This document shows, one piece after another, positions 39,304-53,557 of a stretch of 64,000 bases of DNA (within the stretch, counting starts at the first letter, position 1; each line of letters opens with the position of its first letter). This DNA is from Octopus sinensis (Eukaryota): the NCBI RefSeq assembly GCF_006345805.1, contig NC_043003.1, positions 115,878,001 through 115,942,000 of the forward strand, given 5' to 3'. The notes under the pieces are model-generated. The model searched no databases. It was not told the origin of the DNA and saw only the letters and a list, made by a program, of their open reading frames with translations. Both the position numbers and the translations under genes were made by a program.

Positions 39304-39361
<58 letters not shown>

Positions 39362-39364
<3 letters not shown>

Positions 39365-39985
39365 TATACCAACAACGTATGTATGATCAATGGAGAGAAA
39401 GAGGATTGTTTCAACTCACGGAACAGAGATTATGTGATCAAACTAGAGCAATAAGGAAAAAAACAATCTTCGGTTCACAGGAGTACAGCTAGAAACTATC
39501 AAAAGACGGGTATTGGAAAATAACAGCAGAAGAAACGATGAGAATAGAGTTCTTGCTGATAAAAACATCTCATAGCAGAAAACAGAAGTGAAATCTCTAA
39601 TAAACCACAAGGAAGGAACAGTGATAGCTTGCTCGATAAGAGACATATCGATGGTTAGGAAGACGACAATAAAACTAATGGTGAGATGACAGGTGGGCAA
39701 AAGGCAATCGACGACCCAATAAGGGCAAGGTTACAGGAGAATGGTAGAGACATTATTTGCAACCTTTAAAAGATTGATCGGTGGAAACTGAACGGAGAAA
39801 CGAAAAATGTGAATGAAATTTTGAAATACATCAGAACAAAAAAAAAACATCACAGGGGCAAGTAATTTGATCAAGGCAGCAAGTATTGTTGTAGAAGAAA
39901 ATATGGGTGTTGATGCCAAGTAAAAGAAACATAATGGGAGGGACAAAAGAAAAAAGCCCATAGAGGAAAAGAAAAAGACAGGCAT
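39362..39985 (+). mobile_element. Decayed N-terminal ORF region of an R4/Dong-like element
   Basis: QRMYDQWRERGLFQLTEQRLCDQTRAIRK and KIDRWKLNGETKNVNEILKYIRT..NITGASNLIKAASIVVEENMGV resemble N-terminal motifs recalled for this group; in-frame stops. Confidence 0.55.
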
Positions 39986-39989
39986 GGTT

Positions 39990-40640
39990 AGACATGTGAT
40001 GGGTTGGGAAAGCTTTCCTTTTTTCCCCCTAGGGTGGTTAATGTCTTTGGTGTTGTTGCTGCTACTTGCTGGTTCTGGTGATGTTTGTGGTTCTCATCCC
40101 AGCATAGGCAGCAGAGAAGGCCGTAGGGTGCCGCTTGTAGCCAAATGAAAATGTGGTTGAAACAATGTTGCCTTTTGCCATCAGTCACGTTCTGGGGGCA
40201 GATGCGGTCCGAGATTTTTGTGATGTTTTCGGATCTGATCTGGAGAAATATCTCCATGTCAACCCCTACCATTCCTCCCTGACAGTTCTTGTCACCTCTA
40301 TAGGGACAGTATCCGTCTCCTCCAAGATTTCGCATCCCAGAAGCCACAACATATCTAGTCCTGGGGGGATTATAGGAATGCGGACACGGGCTGCACGTGT
40401 TCACATTTGGGAGGGGTGCATGATGACTTTGCTAATTTTGAGGGGTCCTTGGATGTTTCACAACGAGGGCTTCTGATTTAAATAGCTCCGAAATGGTGCC
40501 GAATTGTTTGCCCCTAGCTATGTATTTGATGCCATTTCTTATGCCCCTCAGCGCCGCCTTAGTGTCTACTTGGGATATCAAAGCCGTTCTTTTTATGTCT
40601 GCTGGCATGCATCTGAAAAGCATCGTTTTTCTCTCCCCTG
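39990..40640 (-). mobile_element. Probable decayed LINE ORF1 (gag-like) fragment
   Basis: GC-richer island; broken frames end in a degenerate zinc-knuckle spacing C-x2-C-x4-H (CCLCWDENH). Confidence 0.4.
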
Positions 40641-40902
40641 CTTAAATTGCCTTTGACGGGATTGTCAGATTTGCACAATTTTTCTCTTGTTTAATTCGTT
40701 TATATTCCTTTGGAAGCATCTGCTCCCCATTTGTGAGCTCTACAGTACATCAGTGTTCGACCTTGGCTGCTGCTGCTGCTGCTGCAAAGCTATTTTTCAT
40801 ATTTTTATTTGTATTGTTTTCGTTGTTGTTTTGTTGTTGTCACTGTTGCTGCTGCTGCAGTTGCCGATGTTGTTGTTCTTATCGATGTTGTTAGGAATGA
40901 TT

Positions 40903-40972
<70 letters not shown>

Positions 40973-40976
40973 TAAT

Positions 40977-41432
40977 AAAGTTTGCTTATTGATCGACATG
41001 AGCATCCCCTGTGATCATAATATCTCAGCGAAAGAGTTTGACAAGCTCAGAAAATATAAAGACCTACTCATTGAAATTGAGAAAATGTGGCATCTCAAGG
41101 CGGTTACAATACCAGTGATCGTAGGAGCACCTGGAATGATCAAGAAGGGAACCGAAAATTATATGAGAATGATCCCTGGCTTACCATCCCTGCAAGAAGT
41201 GCAAAAGATTGTCTTAACTGGTACATCACACGTATTGAGAAGAGCATTGTTGATGTGAGAACTGTTGCTGCTCATGTATTTTAATTTAACTTAAAAAAAA
41301 AACAAAAAAATGAACGAACTACTGAGTTTGGTTTAATGGCCTACCAATGTATACTATGAGTTTCTTTGCCCTAGGAGTCGGGAAGACACTCGGCAAGAAA
41401 TGGAAGCAAATTTGAAAGAAGAAAAAACAAAG
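40977..41432 (+). mobile_element. R4/Dong-like 3' fragment with restriction-like endonuclease domain
   Basis: KVCLLIDMSIPCDHNISAKEFDKLRKYKDLLIEIEKMW...IPVIVGAPG...QKIVLTGTSHVLRRAL; TAA-type repeats on both sides. Confidence 0.85.
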
Positions 41433-41458
41433 TAATAACAATAATAATAATAATAATA

Positions 41459-41490
<32 letters not shown>

Positions 41491-41533
41491 AATAATAATA
41501 ATAATAATCATAATAACAATGATGACGATGATG

Positions 41534-41593
<60 letters not shown>

Positions 41594-42131
41594 TAATAAT
41601 GGTAATAATAATAAAAGTCTCATGCCCTGGAGCTTGTCGACGATTTCGTCCTCTTTTTTTTAGAAAATTTTGACATGGGGGAAAACGTATGTTTCTGCTT
41701 AATGAATAGTCACACCGAAGTTTTTATGCGAACAACGATCCTAAAATTCAGTGTCCTATTTACAATATTTGAAGACAATTTAAATACGTAAGTGTCTCTA
41801 TCACATAAGAACTGCTACTTGTGAACTTCAGGCCAAATAGCAACATCAAACAACGATGTCGAATCGTATTATTCTTAACAATGATCTATCAAGTAGGATT
41901 TGTTTGAGTATCTCCTCGTATTAGATATCACAAGATTTTCTGAAGATTTATCAACGGACCTTGTAACACTAGTGAAGCAAAAAAATGGCGATTAAATTGA
42001 CACAGTCATGCTATATAAGCTTTCTCGTTCGTATAGGCGACGTCTTAGGTGAACGTATTCATCCTTAGATGAATGGGTGTAGGTATGGAAATTTATGCAT
42101 GAATACGTGTAAGAATATAGCTAGCCATGAT

Positions 42132-42169
<38 letters not shown>

Positions 42170-42204
42170 CACTCTCACGTACACAAATTCACAAACACAC
42201 ACAC

Positions 42205-42314
<110 letters not shown>

Positions 42315-42405
42315 AAATTAGAGACAAAACCACTATTATGCAAATCAAACAAAGAAAGACTTAAGCCAATACATAAAATAATTTATATACACACACATAT
42401 ATATA

Positions 42406-42454
<49 letters not shown>

Positions 42455-42670
42455 TATTAGAAGGCTTGGAGATGATGTACAGGTATTTTATATTAGAAGA
42501 AATGAGGTATTCAGAAATTCGGATGGTTTTATAGTTACAGATATTTATTTGTATATTACATGTTTTTTATACATCATATAACTTAGATCATAAATTAGCG
42601 CTTTCTCCCATTCTAGTGGGGTTATATATATATATATATACATACATGCATACATACATACATACATACA

Positions 42671-42704
<34 letters not shown>

Positions 42705-43196
42705 CATACATACATTCATACATACATACATTCATACATACATACTACATACATACATACATACATACATACATACATACATACATACATACATCAGTAT
42801 GTATAATTGTTTTATTTCTAAAATACCTTTATGAAGAACTGTATGGAGTGACACGAATTTGGCCCAGAGTACTCTCGTGTACACCTCGACTGGAGCCTCA
42901 ACGCTTCTGCTATTCTAGGATTAATTATTTACTTGTATTACGCCATGTTGGAATACCACTAACTTAACCGTGGCCAGTAATCTCGAAAATGATTAATGGC
43001 CTGTCAATGCGTATATCTTGAAATATATTAAACACGCGCAAAATATAGGCAATTCATTTACTCATATATCTGCGTCTTGACTGCACCCACCATACACCAT
43101 GCATACATATATATGTATATGCAAATATATATATATATATATACATACATACATACATACATACATACATACATACATACATGCATGCATACGTAC

Positions 43197-43317
<121 letters not shown>

Positions 43318-43334
43318 GATAGATAGATAGAGAG

Positions 43335-43368
<34 letters not shown>

Positions 43369-45799
43369 ATAAATATATATACATATATATATATACATAT
43401 AAGAAACTGTGCGTGGAATTATACACTTACACACACAGGACACACAGACACGGATATATGGATGTGTATGGAATTGCATCTACTGTGAAAGTGAAGTGAG
43501 TGACAGAGAGGGAGAGGTCTGTACATAAAGCTATCATCTTTATTGTTTGATTGTTTGATATTCGAGATAAAAATCAAACGATCTTCATTGTATGAGTAAT
43601 TATTAATTTGAATCCTTGCCAAGAAGGATGCGTTCTACTTCAGTAGATCTCTCCTTTATTCACTGTGTCGGAGAAAGGCAGAGAGAAACAGATATCGATA
43701 GAGAATGATATACAATGTGAGACATTAAGAAAACAAGACTGGAAAATAGATGAAAGCCAAGGGAAAATGTATAAAATTGGAGGAAGAGTAAGAGTGAAAG
43801 GGATAAATAAAGAGAGTTAGAGTGAGAGAGAGAGAGTAAGATTAAGAGTTTGTGTGAAAGATATATAATGAGAATGTTTGTTGAGGAGTAAATACATGTG
43901 TGACCATTGGATACATTGAGAACCAACAAGTTAATATTGACGCCATAATGTTGACGAATGTGAAACTACATCAGAGGGAAGTGAGAGGAAAATGTTGGAC
44001 TAAAACTGTGGGAGTAAGAGAGTAAGATACTAAGAAAGGAAAAGTGAACATGTGTGTGCATGTGTGTATGTGTGTGTATGTGTGTATGTGTGTGTGTGTG
44101 TGTTGTGTGTGTGTGTGCAAGAATGAGATTGTGGGAGATAGAGTGAACGCAGCCAATCAATGAATGCAAAGAAGAAGGGAAGTAGTTTTCCGCTTCTTCT
44201 TTCGAACGTTTCGTTAGAAAGATATCACTTGTAGCCACCTCTATGTTTCCAACAACAATGTTTCCAATTTAACTATCAATATTCGCTAGAAAACAAACAC
44301 TAAGAACGTACTGAGAGATATCTTTTAGTCTTTTAGACAATTATGCTTTGATGCAATGTGTGGAACGTGCATTTTTTTTTCTGCTATTAATGTTGTTGTG
44401 TTGGTCATAGTGATAGTGTTAAGCTTTGGTGTGGAGCCAGCAACGAAATAGTACGATACAGTTTCCAAGTATATTTGCTATACATGCATGTGATTGTGTT
44501 AGGGGTTTGGTATAGTTTTCCTATGCTTGGGGGATGGCTATAGCAGTGGAGAGTGAGAGGATTTTTTTCCTTCAGATCTTTGTTGAATTCTATACTGAAG
44601 GACAATGTTTATTGAGAATGCGATATTGATACGGTGCCGGAAAACCACTTCGCAAACAATGGACTCGCATGATATATTATTTGTGTTGTCTCTATATCTT
44701 TACGGTCGTATACATAAATCTCTATTTGTTGTATGTTAGCTGACAGAAGTAAACGCATTGAGAATAGATCTCTTTGCATATATCATTACACTTGCTATGG
44801 ATTAGGTGTTTATTATGGTCGGCGGATGATGTGAGAAGAAGTGGAACTGTAGACAGTATGAGTTCGCTACTAAGTTATTCCCATCCATTTCTGATTTTAA
44901 ATAAGGGCGATGGTAATTTCAATTCGGATTCAAGCCCAACTGAATGGTTACTTATCGCACAACCCTATGTTAATATGTCCCACACCTATTAGCATCTCGT
45001 TTCATAGTCAGTTATCATATTTGGTGTAACAGGAAATATATTTTTGTTGATGGAAATTCTTAACACGTGGAAGAAACTGTAGTATTTTCACTCGGGTTGA
45101 GTAACCCCATTTACTCTAGGTACATTTGTTTATATAAATATCATTTGAGTTGAATATCCACCCTATGACCTATATACCGAAACAATTCTGTTTTAGAATT
45201 CAAACGTTAGTTAACATTAGGCATTACATAGTACAGAAGAAAAAACATTATCTCGAGCCGGTAATGGCAAGAATCGCTCAAATATCACAAAGAATATCTC
45301 CCACTATTTGTTCCAATGTTTGGAGCTCATATCCAACAGAGGACAACGAGCTTACATCTACCAGGGATCTGTAAAAAGGTAGCAATCCAAAGTGGGAAAT
45401 ACTGGAACGTTTGAATGGAAAAATTTCTTGGTTTAATCCAGAATTTTGCTTTTTTAGTTCAATTTGCACCATTGTCTAATTAGGGGTATACAGAATATGT
45501 TCAATGCTTCTATGTCAGCATGAAACACATTGTCAAAGACAAAGATTTACATAGTTGTCAATTATTCTAAGCATGCCTAGTAGCGATAAGCGTGAAGTTT
45601 AGCAATTAAATGTTGTCCAGTGAACATTATTCTATTCCATGGAAAGACTCGGTGACATGCAAAATTCCAACAGAGAATCATAAATGCAAGCAAGCATATT
45701 TTCGTATTCACATTTGGACGTTCAATGTAACAACTTGTTTATGAATCTATCCTCCATCCTCGTATATTCATATACATATATATGTATACATATATAGTT

Positions 45800-45990
45800 A
45801 ATCCAAGCATGAAAACACAAAGAAAAAACACAACAACGCAAGGACGTGGAACAAACATAGTATTATTGGACGCTCAGGAAGGAAGGGAAGAAGGAAGGGT
45901 TTAACGTTTCGAGCGGATCTCTTCGTCAGAAACATAGGAAAAGGAAAGATCCAGAGAGGGAAGACGGAGTAAAAAAATCGCCAACTGTAC
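45800..45990 (-). mobile_element. Short PLE-terminus-like element (subfamily GTTT/AAAC)
   Basis: Near-copies at 55290-55500 (-) and 58305-58510 (+); microsatellite-flanked. Confidence 0.65.
45899..45933 (-). ncRNA. Minimal type-I hammerhead ribozyme motif with intact core
   Basis: Minus strand GTTT-CTGACGA-A-GAG-ATCCG-CTC-GAAA-C-GTT-AAAC: stem I GTTT/AAAC, CUGANGA and GAAA core, palindromic ACGT at stem III. Confidence 0.65.
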
Positions 45991-46011
45991 AAACGCAGTC
46001 ACACACACACA

Positions 46012-46053
<42 letters not shown>

Positions 46054-46059
46054 CAAAAC

Positions 46060-46370
46060 CAGCCGACAAGGGTGGAGCGGTGGTGGTGTGGCGCGCGGAC
46101 CTCTACAAGGCGGAAGCTCTCCATCAAATTCAAGACACTTCTTTCTACTGCTCTCTGCGCTCTGACCCCGCGCCTAACTACAAACGGACTGTATCTTCCA
46201 CTCTCCATGACCTCATCTCCTCCAGCCGTCTATCCCTATCGTCTCCGTCTGCAACTATCCCACCGAACTTCGTTTTGGAATCGCCACTATTTTATTATCT
46301 CCCCTTCTTTCTAGATCTCCTGTATGACCCCTCTTTCCGGCATCCGCCATGACAGATCGCTCGTCACAAC
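46060..46370 (+). mobile_element. Penelope-like RT N-terminal fragment
   Basis: KPADKGGAVVVWRADLYKAEALHQIQDTSFY..L..DP contains the characteristic ADKG motif. Confidence 0.85.
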
Positions 46371-46379
46371 ACATTCTTT

Positions 46380-46540
46380 ATTTTTTCTCTCCTTTTTTCT
46401 TTCTGTTCCTTTTTGTGGAAGAGCGTAGATTCGAAACGTAAAAGACGTTTTCATTTCCCGAGTGTTATACTAATACATCTGTTTGTTGTCTACACCACCT
46501 GTCTTCGGCCTTCGTTTCTTATTGTGAATTCTCCCTATAC
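46380..46540 (+). mobile_element. Short PLE-terminus-like element (subfamily CTTT/AAAG) directly downstream of the PLE RT fragment
   Basis: Shares gaagagcgta..tcgaaacgtaaaagac...ctaatacatctgtttgttgt with 11590-11760. Confidence 0.6.
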
Positions 46541-46542
46541 AT

Positions 46543-46592
<50 letters not shown>

Positions 46593-47024
46593 GAGTGTAT
46601 TTTACCTAGTTAACAATTAACACGGAAAAATAAATAAATAGTTACCAGGGCAGCAAAAATCTCACAAGTAAAGATGTTGTAACTCTTTGCATATAAGTAG
46701 TCTCTATCATAATATATAGTTTAAACTTTAATTTCCTTTATATTTAACATTCACTATTAATATCCCTACTCTTTCTCTTAGCTACTTATGACGTTATATC
46801 ATATAACGTTTTTTTAAACAATATTAATAGCATTCTGTCTATCGCTATACGAATCCATCATTTTTTGCTAAAATGTCGTATTGACGAGTTTCGTTTTTTC
46901 ACTTTCCCGAAGAGAAGATTGCATTGTTTATACCTTTTATTTTTTTGAATGGTATCAGTGGAAGTTTCGAAACATATGTAGAAAGTAAAAATACTTGTTT
47001 AAACCTGCGTTAACTCCATTTTTT

Positions 47025-47078
<54 letters not shown>

Positions 47079-47439
47079 TATATATATATATGTATATAGT
47101 TGCTCGTGTCTCTACTAGTGACTCTTTAATACTAATATACTCACACTCTTACTACTCTCATTACGATCCAACATCCATAAGAGGGAAAGCAAAGACTGCG
47201 ATGAGGTAGATTTTGCAACAAATGCATTTGGAATGGCAGAAAGAATTTCATTAAAAATTAATTGAATTAAGTTTGATTTATTTTATCCTGTCTTACATCA
47301 TAATTACGCGATAGCATATTTTGATAAAAAAAGGACATAAAACGAACTTAGATATGTTTCGAAATTGTGCAAGTTTGATCCTGGCCATGCCTAACTTAAT
47401 AGCACAATCTGATAAGATTATCTAAATCGTTTTTGAGTC

Positions 47440-48880
47440 ACGTTTTGTGGTATCATGGTCCATTCGAGTATGGAGTTCTTGTTAGTTGTATGCATATATA
47501 TGTGGATTGCCTTGTGTTTCTTGATGAAATTTGTCCAGATTCCGTTCAAAGATGATGGGATCCTTTTCCGCTTTAATCTGTTTCCAGATAATGTTAAATA
47601 GGATAGGGCCTGTTGAGGAAAAGAAATTGCCTTCCAGTGTATTTATGAGTTGTGATCATGAATTAGGTCCTAACCTTGGATAAATTTTGAAGCTAATGTT
47701 CAGTTCATTTGGGCAATACTGGTGGTATATTCTCGAAATCGTGCAAATGATGTATCGCTCGTGGCGGCGCTGAAGAGAGTAGAGTTTCAATGCTTTAATG
47801 TGGTTCCAGTAACGAAGTTCAGTCACGCATTTAATTCGTTTAGTGAATTTCCCCTGAGGTGATTCAATTTTCGTGATGTTTTGTTGCGTATGGGGAGACC
47901 ACAGGGAGAAACAGTATTCGAGGTGTGGCCCAACAAATGTGGAGAACAGTGGAATGATGACACCTTTTTCTCTGGACAGGAAGGTTCTTAAGATCCAGGA
48001 GCTCATTCTACGAGTTATATCGACCTTATTGTTGATGTGGGCACACCAAGTGAGATTGTTATCAACAATTACTCCTAGGTCTCTGATATTGCTAGATGCT
48101 GTGAGCGGTTCCCCTGAAGGAAGAGACTATGGCTGTTTTACTATAGTCTTTTTTCCAAACTGCCTCGGCTCAAATTTTTCCTCGTTGGAAAGGTAGTTTA
48201 TATGGATTATAAAGAGGAGCGGGCCCATGGCAGTCTTCTCAGGGACATCACTGGTGACTTTTGCTGGGCTTTAGTGGACTCCATCGACCACATGTTGTGT
48301 TCTGAAATACTCAATCCAGTATAGAAGTTTTCCCCGAATTCTACCATTTACCAGTTCTGTCAGTAAGATATTATGGTCAACTCCGTCGAACGCTTTGCTG
48401 AAGTCAAGATATACGTCATCAGATTTCGAATCTGCTCCCAAGTATATCCTCAATGTGGTGTGAAAGCTGTGTTAGACAGTCCTTGCCACAGTGAAACCAA
48501 GCTGATTTGTTTTAGCAGTTTGTGCATCTCCAGTAAGGTAGCTATCCTTGATCTTACCACTCTTACAAACACTTTAACGATTTGGGAGGTGAGTGAGATT
48601 GGGCGATTGTTGACTGCGTGGGATCTGTTTTCCTCTTTGAAAACCGGGATGACAGACTGGAATAGGAGCTGTTTCAGTATATAACCCGAGTCTAAAGAAT
48701 TTCTCCAGAGGTTGGTCAGAGGGGCTGCAAAGTGGTGTCTGCATTCCTTCAGCAGACTAGCGGTGAAACTATCAGGGCCTATAGCAGAATAGAATTTGAC
48801 CTCATTTATTGCTGCTATGATGTCTGAAGTAGTGAAGGTTATGACCGAAATTTTATGTTGGGGATCGACTTCGTTCACAT
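47440..48880 (-). mobile_element. Decayed CR1/L2-group LINE, RT and C-terminal region
   Basis: NRPISLTSQIVKVF, VYLDFSKAFDGVDHNILL, GPLLF, VGPHLEYCFSLWSPH, LKLYSLQRRHERY; frameshifted. Confidence 0.9.
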
Positions 48881-49157
48881 CGCATTGTTTTACATTATTT
48901 TATTCCCTCTCGAATGATAGCAATATTTGCTTTGAAACATATGTCGGATGTATAAAGACTTGAATAAAACCTGTGTTTAACTCCATTTCTTTATTCATCT
49001 CTTATACAAAAACGTTTCCATAAACACTGGCATTTCTACCTTTTAAGTAGGCTGTAACATCCTTGGTACATATGGGAATTCTTTTACTATCCTGGCCTGG
49101 TAACTATTTATATATATTTTCCGTGTTATTTGTACATATTGAAAAAAGTACACATAC

Positions 49158-49234
<77 letters not shown>

Positions 49235-50517
49235 TAAATAGGTAGGTAGGTAGATAGGTAGGTAGGTAGGTAGGTAGGTAGGTAGGAAGGTAGGTAGCTA
49301 ACTAGCTAGCTAGCTATTGGTATATATGCTGTTGATACAGTAGTATGTCCAAGAAGAGATATAGAGACAAGCTACCAGAGTATTTGAGGTAACCGTCATG
49401 ACATCCCGGAGAGGGGAGCCAAGTAAAATACAGACACCTGCTTGTGGCCGCTGTGGGTGGATCTGCTGATAGCAGATCGGGCATATCACTCCTCATCGTG
49501 TATGTCCTCGGGAGGGTGGCGGTAATGAATTTAACCTTTAGGCGTCTTCGCTTCGAACGCATAGCCAACACAGGAATACACATATATCCCTGCATATAAA
49601 TCTTATTATACACACATAATTATGTATTGTATAAAATACATATAAAATTGGCAGAATCGTGTGTGTTTGTGTATGTATGTGTGTGTATGTATGTCTCTGT
49701 CTGCCTGTGTCTCTGTGTGCGTGTGTGCGTATATGTGTGTGTGTGTGTGTTAGCGTTAGGTTGCGCAATAATTTTTCAGTTTTTTGTTTCCAAAGAAACT
49801 GATATATGTGATAAATATCTCATATGCCGACCAAACTTTGTTCTACAGCGTAAAGCAAGACTTTGTTTCTGTTACATATTTCTCAAATAATCGCCGAATA
49901 TTGACAAGAGATGAAACTAAACTAGGTACCGTATATTGGTGTGTCTTAGAATATAAAAGTGTTCTTCAATATCAGAGATATTAATTCCCGATACGTTTTA
50001 GTTCTACCAGATTAAATTGAGTTACCGAGATGCAACTTAGATATTCGAAAGTCTGTGTTGCCATGCATTAGTAAATTAAAGGGTTGCAATTGCATAATAC
50101 ATTTTGACACCTTAGAAATTAGTCAAAATGGTCTCCATACATGGAATACAGATTTCAGAATTTGCAAGGTCTTTGATGTTTCAGATCCCATTAATCAATG
50201 ATTTGCAAATTTGATAAGGAAAATATCAGTAATAGTACGGCTATTAAAAATACACTTAGTATTAAATTGATATATTTTATCGTAAATGCTTAGAATACAC
50301 TATTTTAACAAGTATGGTGTGTGGTTCCGCTTACACAGGAGGAATTATAATCTTTGTGAATGGCTATGAAATAGCGTAACGTTTAACCAATGTCTCAAAG
50401 TCCATTTTAATCCATTTAAATCCTTCACATTACAATCAAATAATCAATACAACGTGTCCTGCGATTTCTCCTATACTATTATATATATATATATATATAT
50501 GTATATGTATGTGTGTG

Positions 50518-50552
<35 letters not shown>

Positions 50553-50577
50553 GTCTGTGCGCGTCTCTGTGTGTGTG

Positions 50578-50855
50578 TGAAGGCGCGTAGCTTAGTGAGT
50601 TCGATTCCCGGCGACGCATTGTGTCCTTGAGCAAGACACTTTATTTCACGTTGATCCAGTCCACTCAGCTGGCAAAAATTAGTTGCACCTATATTTCAAA
50701 GGTCCGGCCTTGTCACACTCTGTGTCACCCTGAATATCCCTGAGGGGTACTTGTGTCAGTGGATTTGTCAGTCACTTACACGTTAATTTCACGAGCAGGC
50801 TGTTCCGTTGATCGTATCAGCTGGGACCCTCATCGTCGTAACCGACGGAGTGCTC
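50578..50855 (+). mobile_element. tRNA-derived SINE, body C + tail 2
   Basis: TGAAGGCGCGTAGCTTAGTG head, body C, then tail TATTTCAAAGG.CCGGCCTTGTCAC...GTAACCGACGGAGTG. Confidence 0.7.
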
Positions 50856-50884
50856 TCTTATTATATGTATATATATATATTGCA

Positions 50885-51030
50885 CAATCGTCTGTCTTTA
50901 TGTTCTGAGTTCAAATTCCGCCGTTGTCGACTTTGCCTTTCATGCTTTGGGTTTGATAAATTATGTACCAGTCAGTTGCGTACTGGGGTCGATCTAATCG
51001 ACTAGCTCTCTCCCCCAAAATTCACAGAAA
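50885..51030 (+). mobile_element. Diverged SINE A-related copy
   Basis: gttctgagttcaaattccgccg...gtcgactttgcctttcat...ggggtcgatctaatcgact. Confidence 0.65.
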
Positions 51031-52669
51031 AGAATATAGCAGATTTTTAAACAATGGTGAAAGTTCTAATATTAAGAGAAGCATTTTTCGGTAATAACGT
51101 GTTGCTATGGAGAAGCAATTAAAAGACATTTTCCCAATAAATGAAGTAACAAATGGTGCAAGAATATTTCCCAGAACATCATAAGGCAAGGAGATGTGGA
51201 TTATTTCGAATGGAAAAGTGTCTTGTATAGAATCAAGTTCAATATATAAACAAAAATATCATTAATCGAGATCCAGTGTACAAACAGTAAATTTTAAGGC
51301 TGTAGTGTAATTTGCAAAGTAGAATGATTCAAATCTGCCGATCAAAATGTGGCAGATAAAAAGACTGATTGTGTGAGTGTTTGTGTGTGCGTGGGTTTGC
51401 ACGTGGGTGTATGAGATACAGAGAGAGAGATATTGAAATAAAGAGAGAAAGAAAGGGAGAGATTTGTTACAGTTTCCACTGATTCTTTCCGCTGTTGATA
51501 GTTACATTGATTTGGAGACAAAATATGGCATACAAATTGAATAAGTGCGAAACGACGTTCAGATGTCTTTGATCAACCATAAACCAATCATCGTTTCCCA
51601 AAGGAAAACTGTAAGAAAATAGTAATGACTGAAAGATAAAATGTAACTTACTGACAATTGACATTTCTAAACAAATAAATTAACATTTATATGTGAATCC
51701 TTATAAATTGTTGTAAAATGCGTTTCCCTGAAACACCTTGAAATATGCGATAAGCACTGAATTACTAAAGAGTGATTAGTGGAATTACAAGGCATCTGCT
51801 TATCAACTACAATAAATGTAATATTTCTTATTTCTCGCAAGTCGAAAGGATTAGCTCTCACTTGTTGACATGTCTTTAGTCAGGCATTTCTGCCTATGAA
51901 TATACAACATATACAACTGGTTGGCAAATAATACACTTTCATTAATAAGTTACATTCACACGTCTATTAAGAAATTCTTTATAGCTCTTGTTTTTGCACC
52001 TAATTTCATTCGATTCTCCACATTTCTCGTAGATATATACGAACAAGAAATACATGTCTCCAAGGACAAGAAATGAAAGTCAATGCTTCTGTTCAACTCT
52101 CAAAGTCACCGCTTTATTTTATTTCACCTAACATTTAGAAATTGTTCTGTTGTGTCTGGGGAGAGACAAATCCAAAAACGAAATTTCGAAATTGATTGTC
52201 TTTCTAATAATCACAGCTCCCACACCGGGCCAAAGTTTTCCATACCTGTATCAAAGTACAGCAGTTGCAAAAGAATGTAAATAACATAATTATTATTCGT
52301 TATTTTTTTTTTTTTTGAAGAATTAAAGGTTTATACCTTTTACCGGAATCCTCTCTGTTCAAACGTCGGGACCAGATCTTCGGATTAAGGATATTTTGTT
52401 CCCCACCCCTTCTACCAGTCTCCTGTAAAATGTCAATGGCATTGCTTTCTTTCTTGCGGAAAGCAAAGAATACGATGCATTCTCTGTCGCTTCCACACCT
52501 ATTACCTCATTCTCATTAACAAAAATTAATTACCTGCCCGAAAGTCACGTCCAGCATTTACCAAAATATTAATTAAACCTTCTCAAGTTTCATGCACTGT
52601 ATTGCATGAAAACTTTCTAAAGTAATACACGTTCACAAATCAAGACAGTTAGCTAGTTCTTCAATCACT

Positions 52670-53058
52670 GTGGAGGCGCAATGGCCCAGTGGTTAGGGCA
52701 GCGGGACGCGGTCATAGGATCGCGGGTTCGATTCCCAGACCGGGCGTTGTGAGTGTTTATTGAGCGAAAACACCTAAAGCTCCACGAGGCTCCCGCAGGG
52801 GGATGGTGGTGATCCCTGCTGTACTCTTTCACCACAACTTTCTCTCACTCTTACTTCCTGTTTCTGTTGTACCTGTATTTCAAAGGGCCGGCCTTGTCAC
52901 TCTCTGTGTCACGCTGAATATCCCCGAGAACTACGTGAAGGGTGCACGTGTCTGTGGAGTGCTCAGCCACTTACACGTTAATTTCACGAGCAGGCTGTTC
53001 CGTTGATTCGGATCAACCGGAACCCTCGTCGTCGTAACCGACGAAGTTTTTCCTCCCC
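52670..53058 (+). mobile_element. tRNA-derived SINE, body D + tail 2, with 12-bp TSD
   Basis: TCTTCAATCACT at 52658-52669 and 53059-53070; B-box GGGTTCGATTCCC. Confidence 0.85.
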
Positions 53059-53557
53059 TCTTCAATCACTAACGATAAAACAAAATCTTATTGTTAACTT
53101 TGGCAATAATTTTCCAACAGGCAAAAATAAAACCGTTCGTCCTATTTTAATATTTTCTTCACCGTCTCATTAATTCGCATCTTCCGACATTTTATAACTG
53201 TATACCTTCACGATGATCTTCATATGCACACAGGTACATTCTCATCCCTAATGAATCTGTTATTCTTTCTCTTGCACTAAAGTCACTCAATTCCTGTTTG
53301 TCTCTATATGTGCTGAGGAGTCTCTACGACTTTTTTGCTTATAAATCTCTACTCTTACTTGCTTGTCTGTATGCTTACGTTACTCTTCAATACATTGCGA
53401 GCATTTAACGTTTCAAAACTGCTCTATACCTTAGTAATAAACAATTACATCTCTAAACAATGATTAAGTGTCCCTGTGTGAAATCAGGTGGAAATTAAGT
53501 TATCATCCGTGTCCATATATTAATTGAAGTAGCCATTGCAAGAGAAAGCCAAAATTC

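Noticed and set aside
40809-41258. 149-aa ORF with poly-Asn as a host gene
   Set aside because: An (AAT)n tract fused in frame to a retrotransposon endonuclease fragment.
45800-46540. Single PLE with inverted terminal repeat
   Set aside because: The two hammerhead-bearing ends belong to different subfamilies and are separated by microsatellite; more likely independent insertions.
49447-49545. HDV-like ribozyme
   Set aside because: P1-like pairing and TCCTCG/GG are present, but no P3 or P2 could be built around them.
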